A stretch of 64,000 nt of DNA, from positions 1 to 64,000 of the forward strand of contig JAAOMT010000086.1 in assembly GCA_016748015.1 (NCBI GenBank), read 5' to 3'. The notes below the pieces were generated by a model. It did no database searches and was not told the origin of the DNA. It worked only from the letters and a program-made list of their open reading frames with translations. Below, piece after piece: positions 37,901 to 52,500 of the stretch. This stretch comes from Geosiphon pyriformis uo1 (taxonomy: Eukaryota; Fungi; Glomeromycota). The first letter of the stretch is position 1. Every line of letters begins with the position of its first letter. Both the position numbers and the translations under genes were made by a program.

Positions 37901-39756
37901 ACCTTTAAATCCAATCAAAGTTGAACAATCTTTTGACAAAGTTAGAATTGATTTAATTAGACCATTACCTATTACAACCCAAGGAAATTGTTATATTGCA
38001 GTTGCAGTAGATTATCTCACCAAATGACCTGAAGTTAAAGCTATCCAAAAAGCAGATGCAAAATCAATAACAAATTTTATCTATAAAGACATTATTTGTA
38101 AACATGAATGCCTAATTGAACTTTTATCTGATCAAGAAACACATTTTGTGAACAACTTGATACAAGAAATTTGTGAATGATTCAATGTCAAAAGATCTCT
38201 ATCTTCACCCTATCACCCCTAAACAAATAGACTTATAGAACATTTCAACAAAACATTGTGTAAATCTTTAGCCAAAGTCTCAACAAATTTTGAGCAAGAA
38301 TAAGATATCTTTATTCCATTAGTGTTACTAGTATACAGAACACTAAAACAAAATACTACAAAACATATACCATTTGATCTTACTTATGAAAAAACAGCAA
38401 CATTACCAATTAATTTTACAGTGGAAACTTACCTAGTACAACCAATCAATAAAGAAATTTTTCAAGAAACATTCTAAAGAAGAGCTTATACTCTTCTTAG
38501 TATATTGGAGGGAAAGAGACACATAGCAGCCACTTATATTGAACACTTTCAAGCCCTATAAAAAGAAAAACATGACAACAAACTGCCACCAATGACCAAC
38601 AAATTTAAAGTTGGAAATAAAGTTCTCTTATACAAAATTAAGGCTGAAAAACAATGGAGTGGAAAATTTGAACATAAATAGGATAAACCATTTTATATTC
38701 ACGAAATTCTAGGCAATGGATTATAAAAATTAAGACTTGATGACAAAGTACTAGTAAAAGTTGCACATAGAGATTAATTAAAACACTATCACTTCAAAAA
38801 CAATCCTGAATTATTAATTCCACAAATTAATACACATTTTTCTTTAATTAATTCTGAAAATATTCCCCGAAATTTAGAACCAATAATTATAATAGAACAA
38901 CAACCAAACATGAACACTTAATTTAACAGAATTTTACAATAATTTTTTTAATAACACAAAAACAAAAATAGTAAAAAAATTACAAAAAACACCCAAACCC
39001 AAAAACAAATAAAACCCCATATCTAAAAATAATTTTCTTTATTCTTTTTATTAATTAACTATTTTATTATGATTATTCCCCAAAATATTCAACAAATATC
39101 TCAAAAATTAATATTAACTTTGAAAACACTTTCTGACTTATTCATAATAATTAATGGAAGTCAAATTAATTACATTCAGAAAGAAACCACAGCCCCAGTA
39201 GCAAATAATTCTCAGAATTATCACTCCTATAAAAAAAAAACAAGAAGTTACTCTGGAAATCAATTACCAGAACTTTTGAAGCAAGCACTAAAAGAAAACT
39301 TTTTATTTGCTCCTATTGACAGTCCATCAAATATCACAATACAACAGAAACTTTTACTATTCCTTAATAAACAGAACAATAAACATACTCTTATATATAG
39401 ATATTTTCATATTGGAAAAACATTTTATGAACAAAAACTGGAACTTGAAACAACCAACATCACTCTTAAGACTATATAAAAACAAATTCACAATAAATTC
39501 AAAACAGCAGCTAGACCAACAAATATTCGCTACAAACTTAGAGCAGCATTTAGACTCTATGATTTATTCAATACTTGTGAAAACGTCCTACAAAACCCAA
39601 TACTCTACACAATAAAGATTCAATATATTAGAAAGCTCACAGAACTGAAATTTCAACAATTTTCAGACCAAATCATTTCAATTATTTTGGATTACTATCT
39701 TGACATTACAGATAGTGTTTGGACTTTGACAGAACTTAATTTTAAGAAGAAGATTA

Positions 39757-40715
39757 TGTTATCAGTAGAATTTTAGCTATTAATTAGCATGAAATTATTC
39801 TCATAATTCCTATTATTAATTATTATTTCGATTATCACTTATTATTTAATCAAATTATCAAATATCATTACTCAATCAATAATTCGATTTGTACTATAGA
39901 AATTAAGATAATCAAATTACACAATACCCAGAACCATTTAACATAGCCAAAATTCGCCGAAATTAATGAAAATTGGCCGAAATAATCAATAGTTTAGTGA
40001 AATAATTTGTAGTTTGCCAAAATATATCTTTAATTCACCCAAATTGTAGCAAAAAGAAAAGTACAAGTTCAAAGACTAGTACTACAACAAGTTGTATAAA
40101 AAAAGAGCTTCTCTCTTCAAGAAAATGTATTTTTTCATAGTATTTTATTATAGTATCTTACTTTAAATATCTTAATTACAACAAATTATCTTTTACAAAT
40201 CAAATAAAAATTAAAAGTTCAAAAACCAAATCTTTAAAATTATTACACTTAAAATTCCATCAATACAACTAACATTTTGAAATTGATTAACTACCAATTT
40301 CAGTAATCTGTTAATGACTTCAGGTCTGGATAGAAAATGTTTTCCTTAATATGATTCTATTTTTTTTACATTTCTTTTATTTTTCCTTTTTTTTTCTTAT
40401 TATAATTATTAGGATAGCCTATAGACAAAATTTTTGTAAAAGAGTTGACTTTTACAGCAAAATAACTACACAATTTTAGTGAGCTTCCAGATGAGCAATT
40501 CTTGAAAAAGAGTTGACATTTACTACAATATAACTACATAAAATAACTGGCAAGAAATTGGCTATTGTACTTATAAGTCCAGCAGTTCAAATTATAGGAG
40601 ATAATTTGAAGATAAATTCAATTACTGGAGATCTAACTACTTTCTAAGAACATGAATTCACAGCAAATCAACATTAATAACATTCAAAAAAAGAGACCAA
40701 AAATCTCTGATAATA
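39757..40715 (+). repeat. 3' LTR of element C
   Basis: Homologous to 29983-30971, preceded by the purine tract aagaagaagatta. Confidence 0.9.
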
Positions 40716-41777
40716 CTGCTCACTATAAAACTATAGTAAAGAGTTGACTTAGTATTGAACTAATACTTTTCTAAGCTAACAAAAAAGCTGTATATATAGC
40801 TAAATTATATTAGATCTACATACTATATTAAAATTATTTAAATACATTAATTATTTATATATATTATATTAATCAATTTATGATAAGTTTACTCAGTCTG
40901 TTATTTATCCAAGAGCTAGTAATTTAGATGATTAAATTTTAGATGGCTAGATTTAGAACATTGATTGTAAATTAATGATACCAATTGTAATTATAATCAG
41001 CATAATCAAAAGTAAATCAATTGATTATATTTCTTGATAACTACTTTTAACTATTGATTACAGATCTAAAATATTAAATTATTCCAATAAGGGTGTATAA
41101 AAATTTTGGAGCATAACAAAGCCTGTTGTTATTAAATTACATGTATCAATCATTTATTTCTATTGGTGTTTCCTAATTTCCCAAGATTTCTTTGTATCCA
41201 ACTTAGTTAAACTGTTAAATTGTGCCATATTTTTTTGTTGTAATTGGACTGATTGTTGATTATTTATTTTCAGATTGCCAGCTGATTTTGTTGATTAAAT
41301 ACAATGATATAGGCTTTTTTCACATGATTTTATTGTTAATTTTTATTGTATGTGTTGTAATTTTTGCATTAAAAAATGTGAAAATTTTCTAATAACAACG
41401 GAATACTAATTTTGTTGCCTTTGCTTACATTTTATTTCTTTAATTTTTTTTTATATTTTATTGCTTGTTGTTGACAAATTGATTAAAAATTAAGTGCTAA
41501 GTTATTAAAATCAAAGATTGCCTAGTAAAAGACTCCTACAAGAGAGTAAATACTTGAATTGAAAAATTACTTATCAAAAGATTACTGGCCACCACACTAA
41601 AAAAAAATTCAATGAAATTGTGATTCCAAGAGACTACTGATAAAACAACTATTGAATTTCTGTCTATTATATAAAGAACTTAACCAAAATTTTTAGATAT
41701 TTAACAACATTAAGTGAATTAGCACCAAGTTACAGGTTTGTTATTTGATTTAAGACCCCAAATAATCACCTGTAACA
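40716..41777 (+). repeat. Partial LTR related to the solo-LTR family (left boundary uncertain)
   Basis: About 41420-41777 matches the 3' part of 31070-31933 (gcaccaagttacaggtttgttatttgattt...ctgtaaca). Confidence 0.65.
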
Positions 41778-42320
41778 CCAAACTATACAACTATATTTGC
41801 TTTTGATAATAGTTTTAATTATGTAGCATTTAGTAAAAATGCTTTAATTATAAGCAGAATAAATTTAAGTTCAGGTGGAAAACAATTATTGATACAAAAT
41901 ACTTCTTTTAGATTAGATAATCAATTATAATCAATAATTTTCTTGGAAACATATTCAGATGAAAAATTTTGAGAATTGCTTAAAGAAATTAAACAAGTAT
42001 TAATAGAATGAAAAAAATGGCTATTAAAAAAATTAGTATTAGAATGCCAAAAATGCAAAGAAAAAATCAAAAATTCTTTAAGAGTTTCTTGTTGTGCATG
42101 TAATAAATGCGATTATTTATGGAAAAAATTACAAAAAACAGTGTCTGAAAGTCTTAAATCAGTATTTTTAATAACTATTAAACAATTTTCAAGAAAATGT
42201 TGGTGTTTTATGAATTTTTATAAAAAAGTCTTAGTAAAAAATTAGTATAAAAAAGTATAAATTTCATAGAAAAATTTCAGATAATATTCTTGAAGAATTA
42301 GACAAATTAAATAATATTCA
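41778..42320 (+). pseudogene. Internally deleted DDE transposase fragment (IS630/Tc1/mariner-type)
   Basis: Decayed FAFDNS.N..A, INLSSGGKQ.L, KEIKQVLIE*KKW, CQKC, SCCA, then CDYLWKKLQKTV..IKQFSRKCWCFMNFY..KKYKFHRKI. Confidence 0.7.
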
Positions 42321-42509
42321 AACTTTATAATACTGTATTTAGTTTTATATTATATAAAATTTAATAAAATTTTATTTTTTATTATAAATAATATATTAAA
42401 AACACATATATATTAACCAATAAAATTTAATTATATAAATAAAAACATGTAAAGATTATTATTTAAAATTTCGAACTAATCTATATTTTTGATGATTATA
42501 AATAGTTTG

Positions 42510-45500
42510 CACCATATAATCTTGTTTTCCCTTGCTATCCATTAGCTTGTTACTTTAACCCATAACATAAAAGTGGTGCTTCCTATAAGATTGTCAAAAT
42601 CCACTTGTTTTTTATTGTATAAACAATTATTCATACCTGCCACAACAATCAGAAAAACACTTTGAAGCACACAACAAAAATAATCTAGACTTTATTGAAC
42701 TCAATCTTTTGCTCTTCTGCTTAATTTGCTTTCTTATTAAAGAACAATCTAGTAAACAATTCCAAACCTTTTAGAACTGGTTTCTGAACAAGCATTCAGC
42801 TGAAACCTACACAGTCTATACAACTTATTATTTTTATCAAGCTTATTTTGAAAACAACTTTAAAGAAAAAAATAACAACATCAATTAGCTTTTATACTCC
42901 ACAACTTTTAAACAACAGCCCCCTAATTCTGAATATCTGAATTATTAAATTCACATTTGGATTGCTGTCTATTAACTAGCTAAAACACTCTTTAAAACAA
43001 AAAAAGAAAGCTATCAAACTGCTCCTGTTTTTGACCTCTTCTTAAGTAAATTAGAACATTCTACACAAACAGATATTCTTGAATCAATGGCTTAAGATTC
43101 TATACAACAAAACATTCTGGTCATTCTCCAAAGTATACAAACTGCTTTAAGATGAAAAAACAATATTTTATTACCATTATTCAGAGGTGATGTCCAAGAT
43201 TCAATTGAATAGTTAAAAGAGTTACCACAGCCAACCAATATTATAATGAATACAAATTCCAAATTGTTGGTGGCTACCTTCAAAACTTTTTTGCTACTTG
43301 GTTTTCACAAGAAACCAATGTCAATACTTAGCAAAAAATTATTAGATGAATATCAGCAAATGTTGAAGAAAACAACACATCTTTTATTACCCAATTTAAA
43401 ATAAAATTTAGAACTTCTATCTTGATATCCAAATGGCACATGAAATTAGAAAAAAAAACCCAAGATCTTAATAAAGCTGTAACTGAATATGTCAAAGCAA
43501 TCAGAAAGTTAATCAAGTAGGTAGACTCTAAAAAAACTAAACAGAAGAGCAGAAAACTCATTTCTTTACAAAAAAATTGAAAACTGATCTCTCATATGTT
43601 TTTTGGCTTTTTTTGGCCCTAAAAAACAATCCCACAATATATATGGCTGTTAAACTAGCCCAATGAATTAAAAACAATTAAAAAATGTACTTGGGATCTA
43701 CACTTTCAGTTTTTGCTTCTGCTTCTGCTATGGCCCCTGCTTTTTCAATAACTACCACTTCTTTTGTTGCTTAAACTCCAGATTCCAATGAACAATTGAT
43801 AAATAGATTCACAACCAATCTTGTATGGTTATTAGAACTCTTAGCTTAGCAATCAAAGAAAATCAACAAACTCAAAGATCCAAATTTGAACTCTGTTTTA
43901 ATTATCCCTAGCAACTCTCTTATTAAAGACAGCAAAATCATGGCCCACCTGTGTGTTATTGCTGTAAATTAATTAGACATTTCTTCAGATATTGCAACAA
44001 TTTTCTTTTGCTTACCTCAGCTCTCAAAAACAATGACAATCAAAATAACAGAACTATTAACAATAATGTTTTTAATTAAAGATCTAATTATGTCAACATC
44101 AATTTCTTTGAAAAGAATTCCTTAGTTGAAGCCACTGTTTATTGGCTTTTAAACTGGTAGGCACACCTCCAAAAAGTGAAAATGCAAAACAACCAAAAAA
44201 AAACCCTTTTTATGCTTTTAACCTAACTGATAATAATCATAATATGGATGAACTAGCAATAAATGCTTTTGAATTAACAAAAAAAAAGAAAAAAGTCAAG
44301 GTTAATTTCGTTCTAAATCCAAACAAAGCATCTAAATCAACTGCTAATAACAATGAACTACTAAAAATTAAAGTTTTTAAAAATTCTCCAAAGTTGAAAT
44401 CCCCAGAAATTGTACAAAAATTTGGTTCTTATTTTGTTGTTAAAAATCTCATAGAAATTTTAGTTTACATTACCTTTGGCCAGTTAATAACTCATCCACA
44501 ATTTAGAAAAAACTTTTGCAAATCTTTGATCCCAAAAAAAAAAACACCAAAAACTAACAAATGCTTTCACCAAGCTAAATTCACTAACAACAGCAATGTT
44601 ATTTCTCTAATTTGCAAAGCCCAAGTGGCTGGCTACTTTATTGATCTGATCTTAAACAGTAGATCATTTGTTAATGTTATTGCCAAACATTTTTCTAAAG
44701 CAATTGGCAGAAAGATTAATGAACTCTCAACTAAACCTATGACCAATATATATGATAACAAAAAAAAGACCTGGGTATAGCTAAAGCTGTTTCTATTTAC
44801 ATCAATAGCATTAGCATGAAATTAACATAGAAGTATTTAAAACAAAAGAGTATATTATCATTGTTGGTAATGAGTGGCTCAAGAAAGCCAAAACACTACT
44901 TAACTATGAATTTTGTAAACTAACCATTAGATGTAATAAGAAACCCATTGTGGTTAAGTGCTGTTATTAGACAACTCTTTCAGTAACCAAACAGAACCAA
45001 GAAAAAAAACAATCAAATAAATCAGATAATGATGAAAATAATAATAAAGAAGATCAAAAAAAACAAAAAAAAACTGCTGAACTTACCTATACCATCTTTA
45101 CCAGTAATGGCAAGCCACTGGGCAATATTAAAGCTAACAAAAAAGAAATTATAGTAAATGGCAAGCTAATCTGCTGGTTTTATTATAATATTTTCAGAAG
45201 AATTTTTAATAAAAAGCCTGGCAAGAAAGCCAAATACAGCTATTGGTGGCATGGTTCTTGTGTCAAATGCTAGTGCAATAAAATTTTGTATTCTTTTAGT
45301 AATGAATACAAGTTTTGTCTGATCTATTACAAAGATTGGGAGCCAATTAATTTAATACCCAAAAAACAACTAAAAGAAATACAAAAATTCTTTGAAAATA
45401 AACCATCTGAAATCCAATTACTAGTTATAGAACAAAGCAAATCTTCCTTTAAAGAAAAAAAAATAGACATTGAAAATCTGTTGGCTAGAAATAGCCCAAT

Positions 45501-48500
45501 TATTTCAAAAAAAGATAACACCTCTGGACAAACTCATGTAATACAACATACTATTACCACCAAAGAAACTTGTTCCATCCATTTAAAGCCTTATCAATCC
45601 AATCAACAAAATAATAAATTCATCAAAAAAAAAATAAACCAGATGAAAAATTTTGGATTTATACAAAAAACCAAAAGTAAATAGACTTTCTCAGTTGTAG
45701 TGGTATCCAAGAAAGGTGGAACTCTATGTTTCTGTGTCGACTACTACTAATTAAATGCCATCACTATAAGAGACATGTATCCACTCCCTAAAATTAATGC
45801 AATGCTAGATAAATTCAATAGTGCTGTTTTCTTTTCAATTATTGACTTAACTGCTGGATTTTGACAAGTAGAAATAGATCCAAAAAGCAGAAAAAAAACT
45901 GCTTTCATTACCAAGTATGGCACCTATAAATTCACAGTCATGCCTTTTGGTCTCACCAATATTTCTCCTATCTTTCAATGTCTAATAGACAAAGTATTTG
46001 AATTAGTAAAAGAAAACTTTGTTCTGGTCTACTTAGATAACATAATAGTATACTCAAAAATCTATGATAAACATCTTGAACATTTGCAAAAAGTTTTTGA
46101 CCTGCTCAGAAATGCTGGTCTTAAGATTAATCCAATCAAATTTTTCTTTGGACATCAATTCACCCAGTTTCTTGGTTATCTTATTACAAAAAACGGAATC
46201 TTTCCTAACCCAGCTAAAATTAAAAAAGTTCAAAACATTAAACAACCAATAAACGTTTTTGAACTATGCTTTTTCCTTAGTTTGGCTTTCTACTATTGCA
46301 AATTTATCAAAAATCTTTCTAAAATCGCCTTTTCTCTCAATCAGCTACTCAGAAAAAATGTCAATTATTACTGGAACACTTATTAACAAAAAGCTTTTGA
46401 AATTTTGAAAAAAAAAGTTGTTACTGAACCAATTCTTAAACAATCTAATCTGAACCAATTTTTTATTCTCTATACTGATACATCTGGCTATAAACTTGGT
46501 GCTGTTCTCTTACAAAAAAATAAAAACAGCAGAGAAAATGCTATAGCATATGCCAATAGATCCCTCATACCAACAAAAAAGAACTATTCAATAACTAAAC
46601 AAGAATACTTAGCAGTAGTTTGGGCTACTAGTTACTGAGATCAATATTTTCTTAATGTAAAATTTTTAATGGTAACAGATTATCAAGCCTTGGTTTGGCT
46701 GCACAATAAAAAGAAGCTGAAACACAAATAAATAACTCACTAAATACTTCACTTGAATGAATTCAACTATGATATTCAATACCACAAAAAAACAAATCAT
46801 CAAAATGCCAATGTTTTTTCTAGACTTATCATCCAATAATAGTACAAGCTTCTCAAACCAAACCAACTTAATTATTAATAACTCTCCTTTTAACAAACAC
46901 AATAATAAACTTAGACAACTACTCTGCTTTAATAGAATTTTTAGGTAAAAGACAATACCTATCAGAATACACTAAACAACAAAGAGAACATTTGTGCAAA
47001 CAATCAAATTTTTATTTGATCTGCTAGAACCAAATATATAAAAAAACAGAAAAAATCCTGACTGTCCTTAAAGAGTCATCAGGTTTAAAAAAAAAGAAAT
47101 TGTGATCTACAACATGTACACTAATTTATTAGCTGGACATTTTAGAAAACAAAAACAATTCAAAAAACTTTAATTCACTATTATTGGCCTACCTTAGGAA
47201 AAAACATTGTTGAATACATTAAAATATGTAACATTTGCTAAAAAAAAAACAAATCCAATTACAAAAAAGATATCCATCCAATCTCTGTTGGTCAACCATT
47301 TAACAGAATTGGTATAGATGTTGTTGGATCTTTAACAATAACTCCTAATGGCAACAGATATGTTATCACAGCTACTGATTATCTTATAAAATAAATAGAA
47401 ACAAGAGCTACTCCAAACCAAACAGCAGTTTTAATAGCCAATTTTATTTATGAAAATATTATCTACTATTATGGCTGCCTTAAAAAACTTTTATCTGATA
47501 AAAGAAGAGCTTTTCTTAGTACACTAGTTCAAAAACTTTGTAGAAAAATGGGAATATGTCATAAATTTTTTTTTTTTACCACTCCTAAACAAATGATCTA
47601 ATAGAATGTTTCAATAGAACACTATGTAAAACTCTAGCCAAAACCAGTAAAAAAACAAACTTATAGGACAAAGTACTGCCTTCAGCTTTGTTTGCTTATA
47701 GAACTATAAATCATAACATTACAAGTTATGAACCTTTTTATTTGCTCTATGGATACATGACAACAGTACCAATAGAAACTGACATTGAAACAATACTCTT
47801 TGAAAAAATTACAATAAAAAATTATAAAAACATTTTGTAAATAAAACTTAGTACTAGTCGTGACTTCTTAATAAAAGCACAAATAGTTGCTTTTGAAAAG
47901 ATAAAACAGTTTCAAGAAAAGCTTAAAAAGAAAAAAATCTATAAAACACTTTTTTTAAATATTGGAGACTTGATATTAGAATATTGTTTAGACAAAAACA
48001 ATGTCTATAGTAATAAATTTTCTAACCAGTAAAATAAACTCTTTTTAGTCAATAAAGTTTTAAACAATGGTTTTTATATTCTTCAAGATCAATTCAAAAC
48101 AATCTTTAATAATTATTTTGTTTATGGTACATGATTTAAGAAATATTATAAACAACTTGATTGATTGTCTGTTGTGATAATACCAACCCAAATGATCAGT
48201 TAAAATCAAGTATAAATAAATGCATCATTCTCAAAACAGAGGTATTTTCAATTAATATAAACAATTATTTTCTAGATTAAAACATTCAAAACACCTTCTA
48301 TACTTTCTATGAGTATTGAATTAAAAACTATCCAAATGCTATTCTGACTATTGGAAAACAAATCACTATAACTAATAACAGTAAAACACATACTGTTATT
48401 AGACCAAAGAAAACTACTATCAGAAAAGAAAAAATTGGTAGCAAAATAGATAAATATCTATTAGAAAGTATAACAGCAGCTATATTCTCACTTTCTAGCA

Positions 48501-49549
48501 CAATTGAAAAAACAATCCAAAAAATCTTGTTCATAGACAAAAATTTGTCATATGGAAGACAATTAGAACTCTATGATCACATTAGAAAAATTATAAAAGA
48601 TATGAAACTCATGAAGAAAACAACTTCAGAAATACAAACAGAAATTTTGGGCATTATATAATTAGATGTCTTAAGAGTTTTAACTATTGCTAAAAGAACC
48701 AAAACTCTAATACAAAGATTTGATTTTTTAGATACAAAACTTATTTTGTCTCAAGTATTATATATTCTATTCACAAAAGATTTCAACAAACTAGTTAGCT
48801 TTGAGTTAGATAAAACTCTTCAAATAGATTATATCATGAATAGCTTAATTTTGCCAGAGCTCAATTTCTTTGGAAAAAATGATATTATTGTTGAAATCTA
48901 TACTTTTTATTAATTATTATATGTATTAGCCACTGATGTCATATAATTAACCACTCTATTTTTAAATAGTGATCATTAAACTAATTATTGACCTAGTTGT
49001 TGACTTGATTATTGACCACTTTTAATAGCTATATAAGTGATAAATCTTTTAGCTATAGAAAAACATGTAAGAATCAAAGAAAGAAAAAAAATAAAATAAC
49101 AACTTCATTTTAATTCTGTTTTTATTACTAAATTTTTTTTCCTTACTTTCAAGTATCTGAACATTTTAGAATAAAAAATTACTTGTTGGCATTTATTTAC
49201 TCTTTTATTAACTTGTATAATTGTAGTATTTGAAGATTATTAAATAAAATGTGACTAAAAAATACATTTAATATCTAATATTGAATTCTAAGAATGCTGA
49301 CATGAGACATAGAATTATACCAGTGTGTGATCATTTGTTGACAGTATAAACTATTCTTTTATCTTTAGATTCTTTGGTTATCTATTAAAAAAATATAACA
49401 ACTGAGATATTTTATGAAACTAATCTCATATATTGAATTTAAACTCATTTAATTTGCTCTTTGATATTGAATTTCCTTCGATTTTTTTTATCACCCTACA
49501 ATTCTATTCTCTCTTGCTATTTATTAGCTTGTTATTCCAACCCATAACA
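42510..49549 (+). mobile_element. LTR retrotransposon D (related lineage without dUTPase)
   Basis: 5' LTR remnant ending at 42567 plus PBS TGGTGCTTCC (42574); gag CCHC about 43955; PR about 44645; RT 45530-46400 (VYLDN); RH ends 46839; IN about 46905-48203; ORF3 about 48220-48880; 3' LTR about 48883-49549 with the same ...attagcttgtta..aacccataaca end. Confidence 0.85.
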
Positions 49550-52500
49550 GTATTAAACTCTCATACCAATAATTTATTAACCACTACAGCCACAAATAAT
49601 CTATCAAATCTCATAAATTCAAACACTACTTTAAACTACTATATCAATTGAAAACCAAAAACTAAAGATTATGTACACTCAACAAAACTAAAGATTAGTA
49701 ATAGTAATATACCAACCAATTTCCAGTTTATTAAGCCAGCCATCAAGATTATGTTTCAGAAATTTGGAAAATAAGTACATTTAAAACCCAAATTCCCAGA
49801 ATTATTTAAGTTTTTTGGTTACTCCAGAAAATATCCAATTTAACAACCTAGAAACTAGCAAACCACTTATCAATAACATTTTACTAGCAATTATTATTAA
49901 AGATAAATTACTTGTTACCATATTTTTATTTGAATTAGAAGAGTTATTAATCACACCTCTATTCAGTAAAGTTACTTTCAATACTAAACCAATTATTATC
50001 ATGTATATTGACACTAAAGTTAATAACTACTTTATTAAGCTAATTTTAGATAGTGGCTTAGCAGGCAGTATAATCACAAGACAATTCATGGACTAATTAG
50101 ATTGTTAAATTAATCAAGTGGCTAGCACTAAAATTATTATTGCTAATGAAATAACAAAAACTTCAATTAGCAAAATTGATGATTTTCTGTTTGAAGTCAA
50201 TAGTATTATTGCACCAATTAAGATTTTTATCATAGAAGCCACCCAATACCAAGCTCTTATTAGTAATAACTGGCTGTCCAAGACTAATATTGTTTTTGAC
50301 TGGACCATTCAAAAGCTACAGTTTAGTCAAAATAGTTAACAAACTTAGATATCAGTTACTTGTGGCCACTTTAAAACAACTACTACTACCCAATTATAGC
50401 TATTGATAAAATTTAAAGAAAAAAAAAAACCTATTTGAAAAGTCTACCAAGTTTTATGGATTAACAATAACCACAACAAATTACTACCAATTTTTTCTTG
50501 GGATAACAAAAGAAAGAAAAAAGAAGAAAACAAACCACCAGCCACCACCAACACAAACAAAACAGTAAACAATTGACATATACTGTACTCTATAGACACC
50601 AAGAAAGAACTGCCATATATTTTACTTAGGTGTATTAATTGCAAAAAAAAGTTTTTATCTATAGAAGCTTGGATATTCCCAAACAAAAATTACTGGATGC
50701 ATATTTATTACTATTGTAAATCATGCCACAGAAAACACTATGACTACTTAAAAAGACAAAAAAAATAAGACAATAAACTATGTTTTATTTACAAAAAAAC
50801 ATTGTTCAATAAAGAAATATAGAATAATATTCTTGAACAAAAAAAACATGTAATATATCATATTAATACATAATTCTTATTAGTAACTGGATGAACTAAG
50901 AAACACTTTTTAATGCTATATAAAACTAAGCACACACATGCTTAAAAAGCTATTTACATAATAAAAACAAGATCTGAAAAATGGCAAGTGCCAAAGTTGA
51001 AGCTATTTTACCCAGTAAGATATTCACAATCAAAAACAACCCACTTAAATCTGTTAAAACCATTTTCATTTCCAATCTAGATATATTTCTTAACATCCTG
51101 AATAATCCAGAGCAATTTCACAAACACTACCAAGATTTAGCACTTACTAAAAAAAAACAAAAGCAGCATTTAAAACAATTAAACACTAGATTTTATAGGC
51201 ATTGTCTAATTCTAAGTAACTTTGAATATTATAATAATTATAATATTGTTTACAATTTACTATCATATATAATTTATTCAATTTCTGAAGAAAAACTAAT
51301 TAGCAGCTATACAGCAAAATTGAAATCAAATTTTAATTGTCATTTAAACTTTAATAATAATAACAACAACAATTTTAATTCTATTTAAAATAGCAACAGT
51401 AATAATAATAATTCAAATTCTAAACAATATATTATACTTTCAGATCTTTCAAAAGAACAGAAACTAAAATAGTTTAGCAATAATGATAAAAATATTATGT
51501 TAAAACATGTGTATGATACTGATATAGAATTTGATTTCAAGTACCCAAAAAAAACTGCTATTAGATTAGAACCATATTTGCACACCAATATTAATTTAAA
51601 AATAACACTGAAAATTTCAGCAATTATAATAATACAATTAGTGTCTAGATTTAGTTTAGCAAAAAGAGGAATCAATATTAAAGAAGAAATAATTAATGCA
51701 GAATATATAAAATATATTATTGCAATACTACAAAATAAATCAAAAAAAGCATATATTATTAAGCCAAATAAAAAAATAACATAGTCAATATTTCTATTTT
51801 TAATAAAAATAGCTTAGTTAATGCCAATAGAAACAAAAAAAAAGTTAAAAATTACTGCTAAAAGAATAAATAAATTTGAATCTACAGATAGAATAGAGAT
51901 ACTAGTTAATATAATAGAAAAAAAAACTATTAATTAAGAAGAAATTATTTTTACTAATCAAATAATTTTTATTCTACTATATGACCAATATTTAGTAGTT
52001 ATAGAAAGTAAAGTGAAGGGTCAGTTCCAAATTTTTGAAGCAAAACATCCTATTTGTAAATCAGAAAAGATTGTCATCACTAATTTTTATATACTAACCA
52101 AAAATTATAAACACATCAAAATTTCCATATACAATACAACTGAAGTCCCAATCAAAGTACTAAGTAGAACTATTATTAGATATTTAAGCACTAAAGTTAA
52201 GAACCAATTACCAATTACTATTCCAGATTTTTCACAATTTTATGGATATATAGATATTATTTCACAAATAATATACAAATGAAAAGAATGTTATTTGTTA
52301 CAACTAGAACAATTGGAGCAAATAAACTTAAAAAACTTAAATTCACTTTAAAGTATATAACTTAAGCTATTATTTAACAATTTCACTAACATTTTTGCCA
52401 GTAAAAACAAATTTAGCAGAACTAACATTATCTAATACCAAATTAAAGTTAGAGATACTATGCCAATAAAACAAAAAACATACCAAGTATCACCTGCCAG

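Larger units (their letters stand above)
29983..40715 (+). mobile_element. LTR retrotransposon C (same architecture), two LTRs but no matching TSD
   Basis: LTRs 29983-30971 and 39757-40715; PBS TGGTGCTCTC at 30974; gag CCHC 33301; PR about 33960; Cys-rich 34490-35100; dUTPase 35220-35645; RT about 36180-37050; RH ends 37478; IN 37536-38921; ORF3 about 39069-39756; PPT before 39757. Confidence 0.9.

Noticed and set aside
39069-39756. ORF3 as an envelope gene
   Set aside because: No signal peptide, transmembrane anchor or furin/fusion motif is visible.
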